A DNA stretch of 55,298 nucleotides, from IMG/VR virus record IMGVR_UViG_3300046167_000533, positions 1 to 55,298 of that record; one strand, written 5' to 3'. Position numbers and translations under genes: made by a program. Shown piece after piece: positions 46,680 through 54,729 of the stretch. Origin of the DNA: a virus. Lineage: Duplodnaviria; Caudoviricetes. The number at the start of each line of letters is the position of its first letter. Position 1 is the first letter of the stretch. Under the pieces are notes generated by a model that was not told the DNA's origin, made no database searches, and saw nothing but the letters and a program-made list of their open reading frames with translations.

Positions 46680-48815
46680 ATGGCTAAGACACGAAAGATT
46701 GACCCCGCAAAAGAAGAAGAGATTACACGCACCCAGTGGGCGCGTTATGAACGCGCTCGGGATAACGGCCACCTCGATTACGTGGAGATGGCACTCAAAT
46801 GCGACGAGTATTACCAAGGCGACCAGTGGGACCCAGATGATCAGGCTGTGCTTGAGAATGAGGGCCGCCCTGCTCTCACGATTAATACTATTTTGCCGAC
46901 CATTAATACAATTCTGGGCGAACAGTCGACTCGCCGCGCAGACATTAAGTTCAAGCCCCGTCGCGGCGGCGACGAAGAAGTAGCACACACGCTGTCCAAG
47001 CTGTACATGCAGATTGCTGACAGCAACAAGCTGGACTGGGTCGAACAGCAAGTCTTCAGTGACGGCCTGATTATGGACGGTCGCGGATACTTTGACGTTC
47101 GCATGGACTTCAGCGATCACGTTGAAGGTGAGATCCGCATCACGGCTAAAGACCCACTGGACATTCTTATCGACCCAGATGCTAAGGACGCCGACCCAAA
47201 GACTTGGAACGAGGTGTTTGAGTCTAAGTGGATGACGCTCGACGAGATCGAGGAGCTATATGGCGAGGACAAGGCGGAGCGCCTGCTGTTCGTCGCTGAG
47301 AACGGTATGAGCTTCGGCCCTGATTCGGTCGAATATCAGGAAACCCGCTTCGGTGATACCGAAACAAACGACGATTACTTCGGCGCAGGCGTCCCTGGGG
47401 ACGAGGAGTACCGTAACGTTAAGGCACTGCGCGTCGTCGAGCGCCAACACAAGAAGCTGCACCGTGCATCTTTCTTCGTCGACCGACTGACTGGCGACCA
47501 AAGGCAGTGCCCTTCCGAGTGGGGCGAGGCGAAATGTAAAAAATTCGCCAAGAAATACGATATGGAGCTCATATCCAAGGTCATCCGCAAGGTTCGGTGG
47601 ACTGTTACGTGCGATCAGGTGGTCTTACACGACGACTGGTCTCCCTATGACCAGCTGACCATCGTCCCGTTCTTCTGCTATTTCCGTAGAGGGCGTCCGT
47701 TTGGCGCAATCCGCAACCTGTTGTCCCCACAGGAGCAGCTGAACAAGATCGCGAGCCAAGAACTGCACATCGTGAACACCACCGCGAACAGCGGATGGAT
47801 GGTTGAGAGCGGATCGCTCGTTGGTATGACGGCCGATGACCTCGAAGAGCACGGCGCAGAGACCGGATTGGTGCTTGAGTACAATCGAGGAACGAATCCC
47901 CCATCGAAAATACAAGCCAATCAGATCCCTACTGGCCTCGATCGTATTGCACAGAAAGCAGCAGCGAATATTCAGGCCATTTCGGGCATCAACGACTCAA
48001 TGTTAGGCACAGATAGTGCTGAAGTGTCTGGAATTGCTATCCAAGCTAAGCAAAATCGCGGCGCAATCATGATTCAGGTGCCTTTGGATAACTTAGCGAA
48101 GGCTAGACAGTACCTAGCAGAGAAGATCCTGAACCTGATCCAGACTTTCTACACCGAAGAGCGCGTTATTCAGGTCACAAACGAAGAAGACCCGCTACAG
48201 CCGCGTGAGCCACTGGTTTTGAACACAATGTCGCCCGAGGGAGACATCATCAACAACCTCACGCTGGGCGAATACGACGTAATTGTCTCCACTGCCCCTG
48301 CGCGGGACAGCTTCGACGAGACTCAGTTCGCAGAAGCACTGAGTTTACGCCAAGCAGGTGTCGCAATACCTGACGACGCAATCATTCAGTACAGCCATCT
48401 AGTGAAGAAGCAGGAACTGGCCAAACGTATACGTCAAATGACCGGTCAAGAGCCACCAACACCAGAACAGGCACAGGTAATGCAGCAACAGCAGATGCTG
48501 GCGATGCAAAACCTGCAGCTGGAGACCATGAAGCTCCAAGCTGAAGTCGAAAAACTCCAGTCCGAAGCGGCTGTAAACGTCGCCAAGGTACAGGAAGTAG
48601 CGGAAGTGAATCCGCAAGCGCGTCTGGCTGAGCTACAAGCGAAGCTCCAGATGAACCAAGAGCAGCTAGCCCTCCGCAGAGAGCTTTCTGCTGCTACCAA
48701 CGAAATCCGCCAAGGGCAAAGTGAGACTACTGCCGCAGCCAAGATAGCTGCGGAGGCTATGAAGCAAGGTAGAAGCGCTACGCGCACAGCTGGACCAACC
48801 CAACCAACCCAATAG
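46680..48815 (+). CDS. Portal protein
   Basis: 711 aa with YYQGDQW, GRPALTIN, PQEQLNK and SGIAI motifs plus a C-terminal Gln-rich barrel helix. Confidence 0.92.
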   Translation: MAKTRKIDPAKEEEITRTQWARYERARDNGHLDYVEMALKCDEYYQGDQWDPDDQAVLENEGRPALTINTILPTINTILGEQSTRRADIKFKPRRGGDEEVAHTLSKLYMQIADSNKLDWVEQQVFSDGLIMDGRGYFDVRMDFSDHVEGEIRITAKDPLDILIDPDAKDADPKTWNEVFESKWMTLDEIEELYGEDKAERLLFVAENGMSFGPDSVEYQETRFGDTETNDDYFGAGVPGDEEYRNVKALRVVERQHKKLHRASFFVDRLTGDQRQCPSEWGEAKCKKFAKKYDMELISKVIRKVRWTVTCDQVVLHDDWSPYDQLTIVPFFCYFRRGRPFGAIRNLLSPQEQLNKIASQELHIVNTTANSGWMVESGSLVGMTADDLEEHGAETGLVLEYNRGTNPPSKIQANQIPTGLDRIAQKAAANIQAISGINDSMLGTDSAEVSGIAIQAKQNRGAIMIQVPLDNLAKARQYLAEKILNLIQTFYTEERVIQVTNEEDPLQPREPLVLNTMSPEGDIINNLTLGEYDVIVSTAPARDSFDETQFAEALSLRQAGVAIPDDAIIQYSHLVKKQELAKRIRQMTGQEPPTPEQAQVMQQQQMLAMQNLQLETMKLQAEVEKLQSEAAVNVAKVQEVAEVNPQARLAELQAKLQMNQEQLALRRELSAATNEIRQGQSETTAAAKIAAEAMKQGRSATRTAGPTQPTQ

Positions 48816-48824
48816 GACTTTGAT

Positions 48825-49853
48825 ATGAGCACCAAAGACGAATCAACTGAAGACAAGCCGCTGGAATTTGACGTAATGCCAGGGGCTGATCGCCCCGAAG
48901 AGGACGACACGCCTGCGCTTGACCTAAGTTTTACGCAGGAAGAGGAACCAGAAGCCGTTGTCGAAGAGGAACCCACTGTCGCTGAAGCCGAAGAATCGGA
49001 AGAAGAACCTGAAGCCGAAGATTCCGAAGAGGACGTGGCCGAAGATGAAGCCGAAGAAACCGAAGCAGCTGTCGAGGAGGTAGAGGAAGCCGAAGAAGCG
49101 CCGGAAGAACCTGCCCCCGAGCCTAAGAAAGCGACTAAAAGCAAAATGGTTCCTAAAGCCCGCCTCGATGAGGTGCTTGCAAAGCAGAAAGCCCTACAGA
49201 AGCAGCTTGATGAGATAAATGCTGCCAAAGAAAAAGCTGAAGAAGCGCCCGAAGCCTACGATTTCGATGAGAAAGAAGTCGAATACCAGAACATGGTGCT
49301 CGATGGGGAGACAGAAAAAGCTGTAGCTCTGAGACGAGAGATTAGAAAGGCGGAGCGCGAGCAGCTTGAGTACGAAATGCGCCAAGAAATGACGCAAACC
49401 GTAACTCAAGACCGCCAAATGAACGCGCTTCAGCAGGCTGCGACCGCTATGGAAGAAGCGTATCCCGTTTTCGACCGTAACTCAGCGGAGTTCAACGAGG
49501 ATTACACGAACGAAGTCCTCGAACTGCGTGATGCGTTCATGTCCACCGGCTATGACGTAGTAGACGCGCTGTCAAAAGCCGTCAAATACGTCGTGAAAGA
49601 CCACGATTTAGATCAAACGGAAGAAAGCGCACCGAGTTTGGCTGGGAAAGCGCCGTCTGTAGACGAAGTTGCCAAGAAACGCGCGCAAGTGAGCAAAAAA
49701 CTGAAGGCCGCAGAAGCCCAACCACCTGAATTGCCAGGTGAAAGTTCCTCGGTTCATGGAGAGAAAGGTCTAGACGTCTCCAACATGACCGAAGAAGAGT
49801 TTGATGCGCTGCCTGAAGCCACCCTGAGACGCCTACGCGGCGATATTTTGTAA
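48825..49853 (+). CDS. Capsid scaffolding protein
   Basis: Very acidic, VPKARLDEV coiled coil; lies between portal and capsid. Confidence 0.8.
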   Translation: MSTKDESTEDKPLEFDVMPGADRPEEDDTPALDLSFTQEEEPEAVVEEEPTVAEAEESEEEPEAEDSEEDVAEDEAEETEAAVEEVEEAEEAPEEPAPEPKKATKSKMVPKARLDEVLAKQKALQKQLDEINAAKEKAEEAPEAYDFDEKEVEYQNMVLDGETEKAVALRREIRKAEREQLEYEMRQEMTQTVTQDRQMNALQQAATAMEEAYPVFDRNSAEFNEDYTNEVLELRDAFMSTGYDVVDALSKAVKYVVKDHDLDQTEESAPSLAGKAPSVDEVAKKRAQVSKKLKAAEAQPPELPGESSSVHGEKGLDVSNMTEEEFDALPEATLRRLRGDIL

Positions 49854-49865
49854 GGAGCAGCCTAA

Positions 49866-50156
49866 ATGGCGAGTGAAAGAGACCCACGATTAGCCCGAGC
49901 AGGTGTCTCGGGCTTCAATAAACCTAAGCGGACGCCTAATCACCCGAAAAAATCGCACATTGTTGTGGCTAAAGAGGGAGATAAGATCAAAACCATACGG
50001 TTTGGTGAGCAAGGGGCTAAGACTGCGGGCAAACCCAAGGCTGGGGAAGGCGACAAGATGCGTAAGAAGCGCGCCAGCTTCAAAGCACGCCACGCTAAGA
50101 ACATATCCAAGGGCAAAATGAGCGCGGCCTATTGGGCCAATCGCGTGAAGTGGTGA
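49866..50156 (+). CDS. Basic small protein
   Basis: K/R-rich; IRFGEQG...SFKARH...SAAYWA..VKW. Confidence 0.75.
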   Translation: MASERDPRLARAGVSGFNKPKRTPNHPKKSHIVVAKEGDKIKTIRFGEQGAKTAGKPKAGEGDKMRKKRASFKARHAKNISKGKMSAAYWANRVKW

Positions 50157-50160
50157 TCTG

Positions 50161-50586
50161 ATGGCTAGAACAGACGAACCTAAATGGAAACGCATTGTCG
50201 CGTCGGTTAAGGCGGGCTCAGCTGGCGGAAAACCTGGCCAGTGGTCAGCCCGTAAGGCGCAAATCGCGACGCAGCGCTACAAAAAGTCAGGTGGCGGTTA
50301 TAAGGGCCCCAAAACAAAGGCTCAGAAGTCGCTGTCTAAGTGGACTAAAGAGGAATGGGGGACAAAGTCCGGTAAAAACTCAACTCAAGGAAGTAAAGCG
50401 ACAGGTGAAAGGTATCTCCCGAAGAAGGCTCGAAAAGCTTTATCAGACAAGGAGTACGCTGCCACTTCCCGAAAGAAGCGGGAAGACACAAAGAAAGGCA
50501 AGCAGTTCTCAAAGCAGCCAAAAAAGATAGCGAAGAAGACAGCGCGGGTTCGAAAAGCGAGCCACCGCCCTAGCCGACGCAGTTGA
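50161..50586 (+). CDS. Basic protein (DUF5872-like)
   Basis: GGKPGQWSARKAQ...YKKSGGGY...SLSKWTKEEW...RYLP. Confidence 0.75.
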   Translation: MARTDEPKWKRIVASVKAGSAGGKPGQWSARKAQIATQRYKKSGGGYKGPKTKAQKSLSKWTKEEWGTKSGKNSTQGSKATGERYLPKKARKALSDKEYAATSRKKREDTKKGKQFSKQPKKIAKKTARVRKASHRPSRRS

Positions 50587-50594
50587 TTTAGGTG

Positions 50595-50623
50595 TTGCAT
50601 ACGTATATTAGTATCGCTAATAT
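50595..50623 (+). promoter_or_regulatory. Operator/promoter for the capsid transcript (TTGCAT-N17-TAATAT)
   Basis: ATATTAGTATCGCTAATAT at 50605-50623. Confidence 0.8.
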
Positions 50624-50634
50624 TCTATGTATAT

Positions 50635-50800
50635 TCGTCCATCAGAGCGATATCTGATCGGCCCGTAGCCGTAAAAAACGTAACCATCGCCTGCACAAGG
50701 CGTTAAACCTGCCGAGGTCGCTCTCGTTAAAACGCGCTAGTTCGTCGTCCCACGACACGGGAACACGGATTAGCCGCTCCAGTAAGTCGGCTAAACGAGC
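50635..50800 (+). ncRNA. Candidate structured RNA: six tandem H-type pseudoknots in the capsid leader
   Basis: Six consecutive stem-loops, each with a loop-complementary segment just 3' of the stem (pairings listed in findings). Confidence 0.65.
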
Positions 50801-50805
50801 AGGCT

Positions 50806-50824
50806 TTATTAGCTGCGCTATTAA
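50806..50824. promoter_or_regulatory. Operator copy TTATTAGCTGCGCTATTAA
   Basis: Degenerate copy just before the capsid RBS. Confidence 0.55.
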
Positions 50825-50848
50825 TACGACAATTTTATGGAGGCCATC

Positions 50849-51994
50849 ATGGCTTTAACGAACTTCGGTACGCTTACGGGCGACCAACTGCAGATGTGGT
50901 CGCGTGAATTCTGGAAAGTAGCACGCAACCAATCTTTCATTAACCAGTTCGCTGGTACTGGCTCTAACGCGATGGTTCAGCGAATCACTGAACTGACCAA
51001 GAACCAGAAAGGCACGAAAGCAAACATTACGTTGCTTGCTGATATGACTGGTGACGGTATCACTGGTGATAACACGCTAGAAGGGAACGAAGAAGCCCTA
51101 CGCGCGTATGACATCACCATTGAGCTAGATCAGCTACGTTTTGCTAACCGCATCGCTGGCCGTATGACGGACCAGAAGACAGTGGTTAACTTCCGTGAGC
51201 AGTCTCGCGACGCCCTTGCGTATGCAATGGCTGACCGTTGTGACCAGTTGGCATTCTTGACTCTGTCAGGTGTTGCTTACACTCACAAAAACAATGGTGC
51301 TCTGCGTACTACCTCTTCTTCTGCTGGCCACGAGTTGGTAGATCTGGAGTTTGCGTCTGACGTTTCTGCACCTACTGGTGATCGCCATCGTCGAATAAGC
51401 GGAACCTCGATAGCGGCTGGCGACACTACCGCTGTTACAGCTTCTGACAAGTTGGCCTACCGCCACGTTGTAGAACTGAAAGCCTACGCTAAGGATAACT
51501 ACATCCGAGGTATTCGCGGTGCTGGTAACCAAGAAACCTTCCATATGTTTGTTACTCCGCAGCAAATGGCTGACCTCAAACTTGATAGCGATTTCTTGGC
51601 CAACGTGCGTAATGCCGGTGTCCGAGGAACTGGCAACAGCTTGTTTGCGGGTTCTTCAAGCCTGATGGTAGACGGCGTGATGATCCACGAGTTCCGTCAT
51701 GTGTTTAACACTACTGGCGCAACTTCTGGTGCTTCCGCTAACGCTGGTGCAGCTGGCTACAAGTGGGGTGCTGACGCTGACGTAGACGGTGCTCGCGCAT
51801 TGTTCTGCGGTGCGCAAGCGCTCGCACTGGCTGATATCGGTCTGCCTGAGATGGTTGAAGACACCTTCGACTATGGCAACCAGTCAGGCATCTCTGTAGG
51901 CAAGATCTTCGGTCTCCGTAAGCCTAAGTACAACTCAGACATTTCTGGTAGTGCTCAGGACTTCGGTGTTATCGCCCTCGATACTGCCCAGTAA
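50849..51994 (+). CDS. Major capsid protein (DUF4043 / N4-gp56-like)
   Basis: GDNTLEGNEEAL...IELDQLR...ALFCGAQALA...DYGN...DFGVI motifs; RBS GGAGG; followed by a terminator. Confidence 0.93.
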   Translation: MALTNFGTLTGDQLQMWSREFWKVARNQSFINQFAGTGSNAMVQRITELTKNQKGTKANITLLADMTGDGITGDNTLEGNEEALRAYDITIELDQLRFANRIAGRMTDQKTVVNFREQSRDALAYAMADRCDQLAFLTLSGVAYTHKNNGALRTTSSSAGHELVDLEFASDVSAPTGDRHRRISGTSIAAGDTTAVTASDKLAYRHVVELKAYAKDNYIRGIRGAGNQETFHMFVTPQQMADLKLDSDFLANVRNAGVRGTGNSLFAGSSSLMVDGVMIHEFRHVFNTTGATSGASANAGAAGYKWGADADVDGARALFCGAQALALADIGLPEMVEDTFDYGNQSGISVGKIFGLRKPKYNSDISGSAQDFGVIALDTAQ

Positions 51995-52001
51995 GACTGT
52001 C

Positions 52002-52028
52002 GCCCCCTCTTCGGAGGGGGCTTTTTTT
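52002..52028 (+). terminator. Intrinsic terminator after the capsid gene
   Basis: GCCCCCTC-TTCG-GAGGGGGC-TTTTTTT. Confidence 0.95.
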
Positions 52029-52039
52029 GGAGTGTACGG

Positions 52040-52564
52040 ATGAGAAAAAGACCCTACGCGAAGCCGAAGAGCTCACCTACAACCAGCCGTAGCGCCCGAT
52101 TGAAAGCGACGGTGGCTCGTATGAAAACGAAGAGACAGGCGGCTAGAGCTGAAGAAGCGAAGAAAGAAGCTGAGAGGCTAAACACTGTATCTAGGAAGAG
52201 AAAGGCCCCTGCGACAACTGGGCAAAAGAAAAAGGCCGGCTCCTCTACCAAGAAGGTCGCGGCCAAGAAGCCGGTTCCACCTAAAAATCCAAGAACAGGT
52301 CGTAGAGGTGGTTCAGTAGATTCAAAAACCAATATGGACTTCGACGCGGCACCTCGAAACACGAATAGAAACCCCCGTGCTCGTGCTCTTAGTATGCAAC
52401 GCGACAAGACCGGTGGCGTAAAGACCAAAGCAGGCGAGTACAAAGTATTCAAGAAGAAGTCACAGGCTGCAGGCAGCTTTCGCTCAGCTTTCGCTACGGC
52501 GAAGAAAGCAGGCAAGAAGACATTCACTTGGAACGGCAAGAAGTACACCACCCAAACTAAGTAG
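52040..52564 (+). CDS. Very basic protein
   Basis: 174 aa, K/R-rich; ends SFRSAFATAKKAGKKTFTWNGKKYTT. Confidence 0.75.
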   Translation: MRKRPYAKPKSSPTTSRSARLKATVARMKTKRQAARAEEAKKEAERLNTVSRKRKAPATTGQKKKAGSSTKKVAAKKPVPPKNPRTGRRGGSVDSKTNMDFDAAPRNTNRNPRARALSMQRDKTGGVKTKAGEYKVFKKKSQAAGSFRSAFATAKKAGKKTFTWNGKKYTTQTK

Positions 52565-52574
52565 GCAATAAATC

Positions 52575-52952
52575 ATGAAGATTGTTAGCAGCGAAGGCTT
52601 ACGCGTCACAACAATGGGCGGAACCGCCGTCTTGTTCGAAGCAGGCGTACCTCGGGAAATATCTGAGGAGATTGGTCTTTTAGCGATCCAACAGGGAGCA
52701 AAAGAACTCAAGGGTTCTACTGTTGTTGAGGAAGAAATAGATGTCTCGGTTGTCGAAGAAACAGCTGTCGAGGAGATCGTGCAGCTGGACTCAGAGTTAG
52801 TAACCGTCCTTGAAAAGATGATGGATGAAGGTGACCCAGACAATTTTAAGACGGACGGCTACCCGAAGGCAGCGGCTGTAAACAAAGCTGTTGGGAGAAC
52901 TGTTGATACAGACGCCCGAGAAGCTGCTTGGGAATCAATTCTGAACTCATAG
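52575..52952 (+). CDS. Hypothetical virion-module protein
   Basis: 125 aa with NFKTDGYPKAAAV. Confidence 0.7.
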   Translation: MKIVSSEGLRVTTMGGTAVLFEAGVPREISEEIGLLAIQQGAKELKGSTVVEEEIDVSVVEETAVEEIVQLDSELVTVLEKMMDEGDPDNFKTDGYPKAAAVNKAVGRTVDTDAREAAWESILNS

Positions 52953-52961
52953 GTATATGAC

Positions 52962-53648
52962 ATGACAGTATCAGTACAAAGCGTAATCGACCGAGTGCAG
53001 ACCGTGCTCCAAGATACAACAGGTGTCAGATGGCCCATAGTGTCCGAGCTTGTGCTTTGGGTGAACGACGCTCAGCGCGAAATCGCTTTGCTGAAGCCCG
53101 ACGCGTCGGCTAAAAACGAGACCATAACTTTGGCCACGGGCACCAAGCAGGATATACCTTCTGGCGGCAACCGCCTGTTAAAGGTCGTACGCAACATGTC
53201 TGCTGCGTCTGGTGGCACGGGTAAGCGCTCTGTAAGGCTCGTAGATGCTGAGGTGCTAAACGGTCAGACCCCCGACTGGCATGACCCCTCCGTAACAGGC
53301 GACGCTGCTCACACTAATATCGTGAAGCATTACGTCTATGAAGAATCGAATCCTCGAAACTTCTACGTCTACCCAGGTGTCGCAGGTAGCGCGTACTTAG
53401 AGATTATCTACTCTGCCAACCCCGACACAGTTGCGCAGGACGGGAATCTAGATATCCCAGACATTTTCGCGAACGCTGTAATGAATTACGTGATGTACAT
53501 GGCTTATATGAAGGATGCCGAGTACGCAGGAAATGCTCAGCGCGCTGGCACTCATTATCAGATCTTTCAAGCGCAGGTAACTGGGAAAGGCCAGATTGAC
53601 GCGATCACGAACCCCAATATAGAACGCAGAGAAACAGCGGGAGCGTAA
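52962..53648 (+). CDS. Head-tail adaptor (DUF6682-like)
   Basis: LQD..GVRW...EL..WVNDAQREI...PD...FYVYP; located after the capsid gene. Confidence 0.75.
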   Translation: MTVSVQSVIDRVQTVLQDTTGVRWPIVSELVLWVNDAQREIALLKPDASAKNETITLATGTKQDIPSGGNRLLKVVRNMSAASGGTGKRSVRLVDAEVLNGQTPDWHDPSVTGDAAHTNIVKHYVYEESNPRNFYVYPGVAGSAYLEIIYSANPDTVAQDGNLDIPDIFANAVMNYVMYMAYMKDAEYAGNAQRAGTHYQIFQAQVTGKGQIDAITNPNIERRETAGA

Positions 53649-53651
53649 CGC

Positions 53652-54332
53652 ATGGCGATTTCGTACGAAACGCTACTTCCTGAGATTCTACCGATGGTGT
53701 CTGGGTGCTCCGACACAATGGTAGAGAACAGCGTCCGCGCGGCCGTTATCGAGTTGTGTGAGATGTCTGAGGTATATCAGTCTGAGCTTGATCCAGTGAC
53801 CACTGTCGGTGGCATTTTTGAGTATGACCTCGAACCGCCAAGCGGTACTTCGGTCCAAAAGATCCTCTGGGTTACGCACGAAGGGAAAGATTTAGAACCG
53901 CTGTCAAGCACGTTGCTTGAACAGCGGATCCCCAAGTGGAGAGAAGGCAACGGTGTACCCGAATACTTCGTGCAGCAAAGCTCCCAGACGTTTTGGCTAA
54001 CCCCTGTGCCTACAACGACGTCTGTATCTAGCACGATTGTGCGCGCAGTGCTGAGGCCGACTCACACAAGCACCGCCTGTGACGACGATGTAATGGACCG
54101 TCATAGGGACACGATTGTCAACGGAGCCTTATTCCGATTGCTGCGGATACCAAACAAAGATTGGACGGATTTGACAGGCGCAGGCATGTACGGGTCTTTA
54201 TTTAACGACGGTTTGAAGCGCGCTGAGTTACATGCTCGCGGAGCGGACACCGGCATAGCTAGGAAGGTTCGATATGGCGGAAGTTCAGGCGCTTTGCGCA
54301 CAAGACGCCGACGTTACGGTAGCGGAGGATAA
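53652..54332 (+). CDS. Head-tail adaptor / tail tubular protein
   Basis: 226 aa with VRAAVIELCE...GALFRLLRIPNKDWTD. Confidence 0.65.
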   Translation: MAISYETLLPEILPMVSGCSDTMVENSVRAAVIELCEMSEVYQSELDPVTTVGGIFEYDLEPPSGTSVQKILWVTHEGKDLEPLSSTLLEQRIPKWREGNGVPEYFVQQSSQTFWLTPVPTTTSVSSTIVRAVLRPTHTSTACDDDVMDRHRDTIVNGALFRLLRIPNKDWTDLTGAGMYGSLFNDGLKRAELHARGADTGIARKVRYGGSSGALRTRRRRYGSGG

Positions 54333-54729
54333 ACCAGTTTTCGCGCAGGTCCGTGAAGAATGGGACTGGGTGAAGTGCGGAATAGAAGAAATTTTAGCTG
54401 AGCAGACTCAGCTTACGTTTAGACCAGAAGATGTATATGCAGCTTGTCTAAACGGAGAAGCCCACCTTTGGGTAGCACCAGAGGGGTTTGTAATCACCAC
54501 CACAGAGGTGGACGAATTCACTGGTGCAAAGACATTTTTGGTGTGGCTTGCATGGGCAAAGAAACGCGGAGCTAGTTGCGTGATTAAGTACTACTCCTTC
54601 TTTGCGCGGGTCGCGAAAGACAGCGGCTTCTTAAATATAGAAGTCAGAACGCCCCTAACGGCGCTGGAGGATTACCTACTCGCCGAGGGTTGGAAGAAAG
54701 ACACAGTGGTTTATACGAGAGAGTTGTAA
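54274..54729 (+). CDS. Putative GNAT-like virion-module protein
   Basis: PEDVYAAC..G.AHLW...FLVWLAW...GWKK. Start uncertain. Confidence 0.5.
   Translation: MAEVQALCAQDADVTVAEDKPVFAQVREEWDWVKCGIEEILAEQTQLTFRPEDVYAACLNGEAHLWVAPEGFVITTTEVDEFTGAKTFLVWLAWAKKRGASCVIKYYSFFARVAKDSGFLNIEVRTPLTALEDYLLAEGWKKDTVVYTREL

Noticed and set aside
46362-49228. Long minus-strand ORFs 46362-47120 and 48446-49228
   Set aside because: Antisense shadows of terL/portal and of the Glu-rich scaffold.
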